Assembly (NCBI GenBank): GCA_041649615.1
Contig: JBAZMT010000004.1
Coordinates: 691-64,690, forward strand
DNA from: Parcubacteria group bacterium
GTDB lineage: Bacteria > Patescibacteriota > Minisyncoccia > UBA6257 > Colwellbacteraceae
Length of the DNA stretch: 64,000 bases
Reading direction: 5' to 3'
Position numbers and translations under genes: made by a program
Notes under the pieces: model-generated
Database searches by the model: none
The model's input: only the letters and a program-made list of their open reading frames with translations
Told to the model about the DNA's origin: nothing
Shown here: in pieces, positions 47,985 through 57,403 of the stretch
Layout of the letters: each line of letters begins with the position of its first letter
Numbering within the stretch: the stretch's first letter is position 1

Positions 47985-48387
47985 ATTACTTTCTTTTTTT
48001 GGATTTAAAGAAGCAAGCGTAGAAATAGACGAAGAAAGAAAAAGGGTTTCCCTAAAAATTGACGATGAGGCGGTGAATGCCAAGAACATGCCGGCTCTTA
48101 TAGGATCGTTCAATAAGGTGCTTAAACTTATCGCCAAGAAATACGATGAAGGACCGATAACGGTTGACGTAAACAACCATCATCGGGAGAGAGAAAAACT
48201 CGTGGTGGAACTCGCGAAAGCGGGAGCAAAAAAAGCGGCAACCACTAAAAACGACGTCGTTCTACCGCCGATGAACGCATTTGAGAGACATTTAGTTCAC
48301 GAGGAACTTTCGGTAAGACCGGATCTCAAAACGGAAAGCGTGGGAGAAGGACAATCAAGAAGAGTAGTGATTAAATTTATTGGGTAA
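47956..48387 (+). CDS. Jag/KhpB-like R3H-domain RNA-binding protein
   Basis: 143 aa. C-terminal R3H pattern (FERHLVHEEL...GEGQSRRVVIK). Completes the classic rpmH-rnpA-yidC-jag arrangement. Confidence 0.8.
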   Translation: MQNLKEITTKLLSFFGFKEASVEIDEERKRVSLKIDDEAVNAKNMPALIGSFNKVLKLIAKKYDEGPITVDVNNHHREREKLVVELAKAGAKKAATTKNDVVLPPMNAFERHLVHEELSVRPDLKTESVGEGQSRRVVIKFIG

Positions 48388-48464
48388 GTTCTAAATAATA
48401 GTTATCAGTTGTCACCGTCTCCACTAGAGCCTGACTTTTTTGATTGGAGAGAAAAAGAAGAAAC

Positions 48465-49412
48465 CTAAAGAGAAGAGGGATCAAATGAGGGAGGAAAAGT
48501 AACAGCTTCAAAGACAGTGTTTGTGAAATTAGCATTCGTAAAGTTAGCGCCTGCAAAAACAGCACCTTCAAAAACTAAGCTTTCGAAGCTAGCACCTGTA
48601 AGATTGGTATTTGTAAAGTAGGTCCCTTTAAAAGTATTTCTTCCAAATTTAGCGCCAGTAAAGTCAATACCTCTAAGATCGGTTCCTCTGAGCAATACAG
48701 CACACTCTTCAGGTATAGATGAAGAACCACTTCCTCCTCCATTTTCTGGTACTTGAGCAGCGGACGCAGAGATAATTCGCGGGAATATATCAAATATTGA
48801 TGAGATGATCATATCTCCACTAACACCCGTAAGAGTAGCAGTTGAGAGATCGACTCCTTTAAAAACAACACTTGTAAATTTAGTGTTTGATAAATTGGCG
48901 TTTGTAAAGTTAGCACCTGATAAGTCCGCTTCCGTAAAACTGGTATTTGTAAATTTAGTACCTGAGAAAATGGCCCCATCAAACTCGTAACCAGTTAAAT
49001 CAGCTCCAGCTAGACTAGTACACTGTGCTGGGGGAGGAGGAAGGTTTGGAAGAATAACGTCTGGAATGGTTCCGGGTCTATCGGTAGTAGGATTGAGATT
49101 TGTACCTTCAAGGCTAGTTTCTTGTACCTTTAATACATTCGGATTGATTACGTTCAATAAAATGGCTCCGAGGGCGATTATTCCTAATCCTTTTGCGGCC
49201 GCCCAAATCCACGCGCGAGCTTCTTTTTCTCTCGTATCATTCCCACCGGCAGTGGAGTGCATAATACCTGCGAAAATTATAGTGCCTAACGCAAGAATTG
49301 CTGCAAGGCCGAGACCGACGTTAAAAATATTTACGATACCACCGGGTATAAAGCTACTTATAGCGCCGACTATGCCCGTTGGTGCTTCTTCTGCTAACGC
49401 AAGAGGAATCAT
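48465..49412 (-). CDS. fusion protein: N-terminal VirB2/TrbC-like two-TM pilin module + Pro-rich linker + C-terminal pentapeptide-repeat (beta-helix) domain
   Basis: 315 aa. N-terminal 100 aa are nearly identical in pattern to the 49429 gene (shared AWIWAAAKGL). The C-terminal half is A(D/N)LxG pentapeptide repeats. Confidence 0.7.
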   Translation of the reverse strand: MIPLALAEEAPTGIVGAISSFIPGGIVNIFNVGLGLAAILALGTIIFAGIMHSTAGGNDTREKEARAWIWAAAKGLGIIALGAILLNVINPNVLKVQETSLEGTNLNPTTDRPGTIPDVILPNLPPPPAQCTSLAGADLTGYEFDGAIFSGTKFTNTSFTEADLSGANFTNANLSNTKFTSVVFKGVDLSTATLTGVSGDMIISSIFDIFPRIISASAAQVPENGGGSGSSSIPEECAVLLRGTDLRGIDFTGAKFGRNTFKGTYFTNTNLTGASFESLVFEGAVFAGANFTNANFTNTVFEAVTFPPSFDPSSL

Positions 49413-49428
49413 ATGCTTAATTATACTT

Positions 49429-50568
49429 TTACTTGTTGTTAATACACCAGGTCATTCTTCGGTACTTCATAAAGTGACCTATTTCCGAAGACCTGACGCC
49501 TCTTCCCGCCGGGTCATTGATATACACTCTGTTCTTACTCTCGTCTATACCTTTGACTACAATGTAATGTCCTCCCAATGTAAAAATCGGAGTGCGATCA
49601 CGGGGGGTATTTTTCAACAGTTCCACTTCTTCGGCGGTTGGCGCTTTCATAAGAGCGATTACAATTCCGCCGTTTCTTAAACAGCTAGCAAGACTTCTCT
49701 GGGTGTTTGATATACCGGCGGATTTAAGTCCGTATAGCTTAGGTATGCCGATCATAGCGGCCCAAGCGGTTCCGTGATTGCAGGGTCTCCATTTATTCGC
49801 GACAATCGCATTACCCACGGTTTCTACGGCTGTTGTAGGAGTCATATACCTGTTACCGGTGAAATAGAGCATTACCATGGCGAGAGACGTCGCTCCACAA
49901 CCAGAGCTACCATAAGTTCCCGAGCAATTCGCACCGTATTTTTTACCTCCCCACGGACTGCTACCTTGCTTCAAAAGAGGAACTTCGGAATATGCGGGAG
50001 CTCCCGTGACTAAAGGCGCGCCTCCACCCCCCAAACCTGCGGAAGATAACACTTGCCACTTTGAGGTATCAGTGGGGAGAACACCAGTATTTGCTTCAAG
50101 AGCTATGTAAGAAACATTTTTATAAGCGACTTCGTCTCCTGGTAGATATGCGGTGGAAGAAGAGTATGTTCCTCTCCAACGAGCACCGGAAGGAAAAGCG
50201 GTCGGCGGAATATACCCAACGACTGGTTGAACGTTTGTCTCGGGAACGGCAAGCTCTACGAATTCCAAGTCAACGTCTTCAATAGTCGTGGCTTTTGGGT
50301 TAACTACCGAAACTATTATGAATCCGAAAGCGATAACGGCGAGTCCTTTTGCGGCCGCCCAAATCCACGCGCGAGCTTCTTTTTGCCGAGATTCATTATC
50401 TCCGGCGGTGGAATACAAAATTCCCGCAAATATTATGGTGCCCAATGCCAAAATGGCACCTATACCCAAACCGATAAAGAAAATATTGGCAATGCCGCCC
50501 GGTAAAATATCGTTAATAACGGAAACAAGACCGGGATCTTCAGCCAATGCAACCTGAATAAAACTCAT
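49429..50568 (-). CDS. fusion protein: N-terminal VirB2/TrbC-like two-TM pilin module + C-terminal Peptidase_C39-like (YvpB/BtrH-type) cysteine peptidase domain
   Basis: 379 aa. N-terminal module as in the 48465 gene. The C-terminal domain has the catalytic Cys context SSGCGATSLAMVMLYF and His context GGHYIVVKG. Confidence 0.7.
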   Translation of the reverse strand: MSFIQVALAEDPGLVSVINDILPGGIANIFFIGLGIGAILALGTIIFAGILYSTAGDNESRQKEARAWIWAAAKGLAVIAFGFIIVSVVNPKATTIEDVDLEFVELAVPETNVQPVVGYIPPTAFPSGARWRGTYSSSTAYLPGDEVAYKNVSYIALEANTGVLPTDTSKWQVLSSAGLGGGGAPLVTGAPAYSEVPLLKQGSSPWGGKKYGANCSGTYGSSGCGATSLAMVMLYFTGNRYMTPTTAVETVGNAIVANKWRPCNHGTAWAAMIGIPKLYGLKSAGISNTQRSLASCLRNGGIVIALMKAPTAEEVELLKNTPRDRTPIFTLGGHYIVVKGIDESKNRVYINDPAGRGVRSSEIGHFMKYRRMTWCINNK

Positions 50569-50576
50569 GTACTGAA

Positions 50577-52949
50577 TTATAACACTCCTCCCGAATTTTC
50601 TTCAGTCCCAGAATCCGCTTCGGCAATAATTCTCTGCGATAAAAGTTCTTCCGGGTTTGTGGTTATGATCTGATTTTCAAAAGCGGACGGAACGATCTGG
50701 ATGGCAATGTGTTTCTGTCCGACAAGGATGAGTCCTTGTCCTATATCTACGTCCACAAGATAATTCTTTTCAACTTCGGTTAAGCTAAACGCTCGCGCCA
50801 CAACGTCAATCGTGGCCGGAGATTGCTTGAGCAGAAGCTGGAGCGAAGAGTTCGTAATAACGGGACGGCCGTAAGGAGAACTCAAGAAGTCTTCCACGTC
50901 TTGGGTAATGGTCGTAATGCCAAGATAATATTTTCTGGCTCTTCTTACGAGGTTAAACAAGAAAGAGGCCGAGTCGGGATATTTCATCAAGAGCCAGGCT
51001 TCGTCTACGACCATGATTCGGCGTTTGAGTTTTGAACGGACGATATTCCAGACGTGGTTCAAGACGATATACATGGCAATTGGTCTCAACTCTTCTTCCA
51101 AATCGCGGATGGAAAAAACAATGACTCTGCTTCGGATATTTATATTCGTGGGGCGGTTGGTAAAACCGGCATAGCTGCCCTTGGTAAAGCGGTAAAGTCT
51201 TTCCGCCAACTCTTTTCCTCCTTCCATGTTTCGGAGAATGTTTTCCAAATCTTCCAATAAAGGGGGGGTCGCTTTGCCAAAATCTCTTCCTGGAGAAATA
51301 TCGTGAGAGGCATACGTTTCGTTTATGGCGCGGTCTAGGATCCCTTCTTCGGCGGGCGTAACGATTCCCACCATAAGTTTTACGAGGCCGGTAAGGCTCG
51401 CGATGTGGGATTGAAGCACCTCGGATTCGTTTTCGCCTTCGGGAACGATGGGAATTTCAAAGGGATTAATACTATCTTTAGACGTGAGAGATATCTTAAA
51501 CGTTGTTCCGCCAACCGCGTCGGCGAGCGACTGATATTCGTTCTCCGGATCAAGAATGAGAACGTCCGTTCCAAGCATGATCGATCTCAACAATTCCAGT
51601 TTTGCCGCATAAGATTTACCGGAACCGGATTTGGCGAAGATAACGGAATTGTTATTTTCAAGATCAAAGCGGTCAAATATAACAAGCGTATTGTTGTGAA
51701 GATTTAATCCGTACATTATTCCTTCATCGGTCGTTAGATCGGGCGAAATGAAAGGAAAGAAAGCCGAAGCGGGACTGGAATTCATGGCGGAAGAAATATC
51801 CATTATGTTTCGGCCGAGAGGACAAACCGAACGCCAAAGCCTGACTTGCTCAAACATAGGGGTTTTCACCGTAACGAGCGATCGCTCCAAAGTAGAGGTA
51901 ATTCTGTATTCAAGTTTCTTTAATTCTTCCAGAGAATCGGTGTAAATTGAACAATAAAAACTCACGGAGAAAAGTTTTTCTCTGGTTTGCTGGAGAGTAT
52001 CGCGAAGATTTTCCGCGTCTGCAAGAGCGGTTTCAAGAGCGGGATCTCTTATTAATCCTTTTTCTTGCCGTTCTATCATAGAGGCGGAAATGGAGGCGAC
52101 TTTTCTCGTAAGGTTTTTAAGGGCGATGCTCGTGTCGACGGGGGAAATGTGAATGGATATATCCATTAATTCCGGAAGATTGATAATCGGTTCGAGCCAA
52201 CCGGAAGAAAGATAACGCGGGTAATTCAAAACAAATAAACTTTTGACGAATTTGTCGTTGATCTTCAGATAATCGGGTTTTATCTCAATAAGTTTGGAGG
52301 AAACCGGATCCCCTTCGGGGATGGGTTCTTTTTCCGTGGTTTTTGGGTTGTAAAAATTGGCGCAGAGTTCTCTCAGTTCCGCATCATTCAGGGTCACGGC
52401 GCGGAGCCCGATGTGGCGCAATCCTTGAAGAACTTGTTCCGTCCGGAAATTGAGTTTTTCCATATGCTGCATAAGCTCTTCAACGGACATATTGGCAATT
52501 CTTTCCTCTTCTTCCCGGTGTTTTTTGCCGATGCCCGGCAGGACGGTCGGTTCAAAAGGGACGGTAACGAAAAAGCTCTTTTCAACGACGGCGTTTTCGG
52601 AAATAAAATTTTCAATGAATTTGACGTATTCGGAGAGCTGATTTTTGATAAGAGGATTTTCCTCCGTTTCCATCCGACTCTTTATGTTCTCTATGTATTC
52701 TTTGATAGCCAGGCGGCGCGAGTGAACGCTTAACTGAATGGCAAAATCAAGGGAATTAAGGAGATTCTGGAAAGCGGTAATTATGGAGTTCTGTTCTTCC
52801 TCGGATTTTAAATCCATATTAATTCCGGCGACCATAATCACTTTTCTCATGCCTCCCCTTTTAAGAAAGACGGCATCGTTTCTGATTTCCCTTACGTCCG
52901 ACAAGCTTTCGGTTGAACCAAAGGAAGTTTTAGATGGAGATTTTGGCAT
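50577..52949 (-). CDS. VirB4/TrbE/CagE-family type IV secretion ATPase
   Basis: 790 aa. N-terminal VirB4-like domain (SEEE...ITAFQNLLNSL). Walker A FAKSGSGKSYAAK, Walker B RIMVVDEAWLL. Confidence 0.85.
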   Translation of the reverse strand: MPKSPSKTSFGSTESLSDVREIRNDAVFLKRGGMRKVIMVAGINMDLKSEEEQNSIITAFQNLLNSLDFAIQLSVHSRRLAIKEYIENIKSRMETEENPLIKNQLSEYVKFIENFISENAVVEKSFFVTVPFEPTVLPGIGKKHREEEERIANMSVEELMQHMEKLNFRTEQVLQGLRHIGLRAVTLNDAELRELCANFYNPKTTEKEPIPEGDPVSSKLIEIKPDYLKINDKFVKSLFVLNYPRYLSSGWLEPIINLPELMDISIHISPVDTSIALKNLTRKVASISASMIERQEKGLIRDPALETALADAENLRDTLQQTREKLFSVSFYCSIYTDSLEELKKLEYRITSTLERSLVTVKTPMFEQVRLWRSVCPLGRNIMDISSAMNSSPASAFFPFISPDLTTDEGIMYGLNLHNNTLVIFDRFDLENNNSVIFAKSGSGKSYAAKLELLRSIMLGTDVLILDPENEYQSLADAVGGTTFKISLTSKDSINPFEIPIVPEGENESEVLQSHIASLTGLVKLMVGIVTPAEEGILDRAINETYASHDISPGRDFGKATPPLLEDLENILRNMEGGKELAERLYRFTKGSYAGFTNRPTNINIRSRVIVFSIRDLEEELRPIAMYIVLNHVWNIVRSKLKRRIMVVDEAWLLMKYPDSASFLFNLVRRARKYYLGITTITQDVEDFLSSPYGRPVITNSSLQLLLKQSPATIDVVARAFSLTEVEKNYLVDVDIGQGLILVGQKHIAIQIVPSAFENQIITTNPEELLSQRIIAEADSGTEENSGGVL

Positions 52950-52957
52950 AATATGTG

Positions 52958-53644
52958 TTATCTGTAATCAACCCTTCTTGCAGCTATCGTTTCACCGGTC
53001 GGCTTTTCTATGAGTTCATATCCTTTTGGTAATCTGGCAGAAGTCTGCTGCAAAGTCTCTTCCCTAAAAGGAATGGGCAAGGAAGTGGTAGTCATCTTAT
53101 TGAATAAGTTCTGGAGCCGAGACTTCTTTTTTTCCGGAGCCAACTCGCCGATTGGCGGGGGAGCGGGTTCAACCAAGGGGCTTACAAATACAGCGGGAGA
53201 AGGAGGTTCCATTATAGGAGGAGAGACGGGCTCAACCGGGATCATAACCGGAGGAATTTCGGTTGGGGCTTCCGGCGAGACGGGCGGCATAGCGGGAAAA
53301 CTTCCAGCTGATGGGATAGTAGCGATAGGTACTTCAGGGGAAATTGTTTCTCGAACTCTTTCTCCAATAACTTTCAATTTTAGGGCGAGAGTCTTGGGCT
53401 CCCAGAGATAACTGAAAGCTGCCGATATAAAGATAGGCATGGGGCGGCCGTTAACTTTGACGAGAGCAATAATAAGAGAACTTCCGACAAGGATGGCGGA
53501 GACGATAAGCCAAAACCAGGTTGTGAGAACGGTGAATAAAAGGAAAGATATGACAATGGCCGCTCCGACATATACAAACTGAATAAGAGTAAAAGGACCG
53601 ACAAGCTTACTCTCCGTTTCAAACTGCGGAACCTGAAACTGCAT
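52958..53644 (-). CDS. VirB3/PrgI-like small membrane protein with a Pro-rich C-terminal tail
   Basis: 228 aa. Two-TM hairpin (LIQFVYVGAAIVISFLLFTV..FWLIVSAILVGSSLIIALV). It sits directly upstream of the VirB4 homologue, as in Gram-positive T4SS loci. Confidence 0.55.
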   Translation of the reverse strand: MQFQVPQFETESKLVGPFTLIQFVYVGAAIVISFLLFTVLTTWFWLIVSAILVGSSLIIALVKVNGRPMPIFISAAFSYLWEPKTLALKLKVIGERVRETISPEVPIATIPSAGSFPAMPPVSPEAPTEIPPVMIPVEPVSPPIMEPPSPAVFVSPLVEPAPPPIGELAPEKKKSRLQNLFNKMTTTSLPIPFREETLQQTSARLPKGYELIEKPTGETIAARRVDYR

Positions 53645-53674
53645 ATATTTGATTTTAAGTAAGCCGAGAGTGGC

Positions 53675-54370
53675 TTACAAGGGCAAGTCTTTTAAATTTA
53701 GAACGTTTTCGGGGTTAACTTTTTTCGCTTTTTCTTCCGGATTAAATTCAAGACTGGCAAATGACGTCTTTTGTTGCGTTTCCGGGCTTCCTGAATAAAA
53801 CATCGGTCGCAAGGGAATTTCTCCTTGAACATTGCTTGCGGATACTTGTTCGGGAAGTTTCTCTTCGTGAATGACAAAAGGAGTGGGAGTGGCGGGTTCA
53901 CCGAGATTAGGGACAACGGGATTCATTTCGATAGGAACAGCGGGTGAAGCTTGCGCCTCCGCTAAGGCTCCTGGTGAAGTAATATTTTCAGGCACTTCTT
54001 CAGAAGAAACGGTCAAAGCAGGGTTGAAAGGAGCAATATTCTCGTCTATTGGAGCGATAACTGAAATATCAATACCGGATTCGGCGAGAGGCGCTCTTAT
54101 TGGAGTAAGGGTGGCGTTCACAAGTCTACCGACAACGGCTTCGTTTTGTTTATCCTGCGGGAGAGAAGAAAGTAATTTATTTCTGAATTCTTCGGACGGG
54201 ATATTTTTGAGAATCAGGTCAAAAATAGTATTGATTAAGGGAGCAGAGCTTTGAATATTAAATTCCTCCTGAACGGATACGATTGAGTCAATAAAACCGT
54301 CCGAATCCATCCATTGCTGAATTGTAGGATTTAATTCTTTAAAATTCATTTTTTCATGAATGTTTACCAA
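53675..54370 (-). CDS. hypothetical soluble protein within the T4SS-like cluster
   Basis: 231 aa. No TM or signal peptide. Acidic with a Pro-rich C-terminal half. Confidence 0.5.
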   Translation of the reverse strand: MVNIHEKMNFKELNPTIQQWMDSDGFIDSIVSVQEEFNIQSSAPLINTIFDLILKNIPSEEFRNKLLSSLPQDKQNEAVVGRLVNATLTPIRAPLAESGIDISVIAPIDENIAPFNPALTVSSEEVPENITSPGALAEAQASPAVPIEMNPVVPNLGEPATPTPFVIHEEKLPEQVSASNVQGEIPLRPMFYSGSPETQQKTSFASLEFNPEEKAKKVNPENVLNLKDLPL

Positions 54371-56553
54371 TCACCTTTGCCTATGTGGTAATTGACTTTA
54401 GCGTCAACACGACGATACTCACGTGTTTCATCAGCCGTTAAATGTGTTCCACCAACACCAAGTGTTCTAAGGCTAAGAGCGGCAAGTGCATTATTAATAT
54501 CTGTTTTTTCAGTGGCTGATCCTTCTTCTTTTATTTTATTGATGTCAGTGACCGAGAGAAGAAGAGCACTATCGGTCTTAGGCGTTACTCCGGAAAGATC
54601 ATCTAAAATTCTCTCTCTAACTTTATCTGCGTGTGTATGAAGTAGTTTGTTAACTTTTGTTAAGTCAGAAGCGTTAAGGGCAGACGTACCACTTAAATGA
54701 TCTAGTTTTACTTGTTTCATTGCATCTAAAACATTATTAACCACTGCCTCCGTACCATTCTCCATTATTTTAGCAACATTCTTTAGTCCGAGTTTCATTA
54801 CCATTGCCGGATCTTTAGCTATTTCGGCTCCGATATGCTGTGCATATACCTTAAATGTTTCGGAGTCCATATTTTCTGCATCTTTGTCAGAGATACCAAG
54901 AACACCAGAGGATTCTCCAAGAAGGGTGCTTGATAAGACCGTTCCTTTAACGACTCCTTTTCTAATTTCTTCGTCAGTTTTGGTTTTAATTGTCGGTTTA
55001 ACACCTACCTGGCTTAACAATGATCTAGCTCCTTTGCCTACTCCGCTTTCTGCGGGATTAAACCTAAGTCCTCTTGAAAGTCCGCTAAAAGCCGCAGCTG
55101 CGCCTTTATTTCCTTTTGCTGCAGCTGTCTTAGAAGCCATTTCGGCCATCATTTGACCTCTTTTGGCTAGGTTCTGGGCTTTACCGACTAAGAATCCGAC
55201 TCCGCCGGAAACTCCGGCCATTACCAGATTTCCGGCAACACCGCTGAATTTAGCCGTGAGAAATAACCCCATGGCGCTTATGATGATGGTAGCAATAAGC
55301 TGACCGATTGTGACAAGCCAACCGGCTTGAGTGGTGGAAACTGCGCCGGCAGAGCTAAGGTATTGTGAAGTAAAGGCAAGGAACAGAACTATAACGGGGC
55401 CAAAAAACACCCACTTGAGGAATTCTTTCCACCATCTCTCCCAGGCTAATTTCTTTAGAGGAGGAAATACGAATCCGAGCCAAATGAGAGGTGAAAAGGT
55501 GAGGAGGAGCATAAGAATAACGAATCTGATGATAAGGAAAATAGCCATAGCAAAGAAAGTAAGGGCGGCAACTACACTAATGGCAATACTTGCGTAATAG
55601 AAAAGAACGTTAGAGAGCAAGAAATTAATAAGATTGATAAAAGGCTGAATAAACAAGAGAGCTACTGCTAAAAGAGGACTTGCGATGTTTCTGGCTGCTT
55701 CTGCAGCGGTTCCACCACCAGGTATTCCGGTAATCTGGTTCGAAGCACCACCTATCTGATTCTGTATTTCACCACTGTCAACAATAGTGTTTATATCCGG
55801 GGATGAACCACTAATCACATTGCTTTGCATGAATATATTGTGTAAATGCCAGACGGTAAAATAGGTACTCATAGCGCCTGGGCAGGGAGCGGAAGCGTTA
55901 AACATTCTTTCGGTTAATGTTGTTCCTAGGCCCACAATTCCACTTGTGGCAGGAATGGTTAAATTCACCAAAGCAACGGCAACTACAAGTTTAAGAAGGA
56001 GCTTATTAACGGAAAACTCTTCTCGGCGAAGAATGGTAGCGATACCTATAACGATAATAGCCAATATGAGTCCAAGGTTTGTAATCTGAAGGATAACTTT
56101 ACCTCCATAGGTTACTAAAGGATTATTAACATTGAGGGAAAAATTTAGCGCTAGAGCCGCATTAATTAGTCCTCCGGCTAAAAGATTGAAGGCGGAAGCG
56201 ACAAGCGCTCCAATCATCGTGGTTAAGAGAAAATTTCTTATAGCTTCTATGGCTTGATCAATGGGCTCAAATATTCCACCCGGAGCGAGACTTATGCCAA
56301 AAGTAGCGGCCTCAATGCCAAATTCAAAATTCTCAAGAAAGCTTACGATAAAATCAAGACCGATAATTCCACCAAGAACAGCACTATTTGCCTGCCAAAT
56401 AGGCGATTGAAAGAAATTTATAGCGTCTGAAAATTGGGTAGTAAATATATTAGCGCATTCAGTGTTTATTGCCGGATCATCCGCTTTAGCGGTCGGCACA
56501 ATAGCCCAAATAAACATCAGGAGCAAAACAACGCTTACAACTTTGCGGAACAT
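54364..56553 (-). CDS. VirB6/TrbL-like polytopic type IV secretion membrane protein
   Basis: 729 aa. Signal peptide (…VPTAKA), at least 8 TM helices in the central region and a hydrophilic C-terminal domain of about 250 aa. Confidence 0.6.
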   Translation of the reverse strand: MFRKVVSVVLLLMFIWAIVPTAKADDPAINTECANIFTTQFSDAINFFQSPIWQANSAVLGGIIGLDFIVSFLENFEFGIEAATFGISLAPGGIFEPIDQAIEAIRNFLLTTMIGALVASAFNLLAGGLINAALALNFSLNVNNPLVTYGGKVILQITNLGLILAIIVIGIATILRREEFSVNKLLLKLVVAVALVNLTIPATSGIVGLGTTLTERMFNASAPCPGAMSTYFTVWHLHNIFMQSNVISGSSPDINTIVDSGEIQNQIGGASNQITGIPGGGTAAEAARNIASPLLAVALLFIQPFINLINFLLSNVLFYYASIAISVVAALTFFAMAIFLIIRFVILMLLLTFSPLIWLGFVFPPLKKLAWERWWKEFLKWVFFGPVIVLFLAFTSQYLSSAGAVSTTQAGWLVTIGQLIATIIISAMGLFLTAKFSGVAGNLVMAGVSGGVGFLVGKAQNLAKRGQMMAEMASKTAAAKGNKGAAAAFSGLSRGLRFNPAESGVGKGARSLLSQVGVKPTIKTKTDEEIRKGVVKGTVLSSTLLGESSGVLGISDKDAENMDSETFKVYAQHIGAEIAKDPAMVMKLGLKNVAKIMENGTEAVVNNVLDAMKQVKLDHLSGTSALNASDLTKVNKLLHTHADKVRERILDDLSGVTPKTDSALLLSVTDINKIKEEGSATEKTDINNALAALSLRTLGVGGTHLTADETREYRRVDAKVNYHIGKGDW

Positions 56554-56581
56554 GAGTATACCTAAATAATAGCAGATTCTC

Positions 56582-57334
56582 TTACAGTTTTTTAGAAATA
56601 CAAAAAATATCTCCGGATGAAAGATTCTGAGGACGAATACTTGAAGGTAAATTACAGGAATTAAAAATTTTTTCTGCTTCGGACTTTGGAATATTAAAGA
56701 AATCAGAGAAATTATTTATGGCCTTTTTTCGGGGATGGAGGAATAAGGCATGAACGACGGTAGAATACGCCTTTTCGGCCATATATTCGTTTCGATCAAG
56801 CGAGACAACAGCGGAGTCAACTTTAGGTTTGGGATAAAAATCATTTTTTGGGACGGTAAATAGGTAATTGGGGGTTGCCCATCCGCGAATTACGGAAGAT
56901 AAAAGGTTGGCTTTTCCAAGGGTCGCACAGATGCGCTCGGCTACTTCACGCTGAACAAGAAAAACGGTTTTAGCGGGAGGAATTGACAGTTCGGAGGTGA
57001 TTCTTAACAGTTGCCCCGTGATGTAGTAAGGGATATTTCCTATGAGTTTCCAATTCTTAGGCAGCTTAATTTCTGGCAATATTTTAAGAGCGTCACCCGC
57101 AATGACTTGAACATTGCGGAATTCTTGTCGTAAAAGACCGGCTAAATTCTCATCTTTTTCTATAGTAATGAGTTTTTGAGGGTTTTTGGCGACTAAAAAG
57201 CTAGTCAGCTCGCCATGACCCGGGCCGATTTCAACTACGGTATCACCTTCTTTGATATCTAGGGCGTCAGCGATTCTTTGCAAAGCGGTATCATTTTGCA
57301 AAAAGTTCTGTCCGAGTGATTTTTTCGGCTTCAT
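56582..57334 (-). CDS. rsmA: 16S rRNA (adenine1518/1519-N6)-dimethyltransferase RsmA/KsgA
   Basis: 250 aa. SLGQNFL, VVEIGPGHGELT and NIPYYIT motifs. Confidence 0.93.
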   Translation of the reverse strand: MKPKKSLGQNFLQNDTALQRIADALDIKEGDTVVEIGPGHGELTSFLVAKNPQKLITIEKDENLAGLLRQEFRNVQVIAGDALKILPEIKLPKNWKLIGNIPYYITGQLLRITSELSIPPAKTVFLVQREVAERICATLGKANLLSSVIRGWATPNYLFTVPKNDFYPKPKVDSAVVSLDRNEYMAEKAYSTVVHALFLHPRKKAINNFSDFFNIPKSEAEKIFNSCNLPSSIRPQNLSSGDIFCISKKL

Positions 57335-57403
57335 ATTTATAGATTTACGTCAACTTGAAAACCATTTTGGCCGCATGATAACATCCCGGCCATTAGTACA
57401 GTA

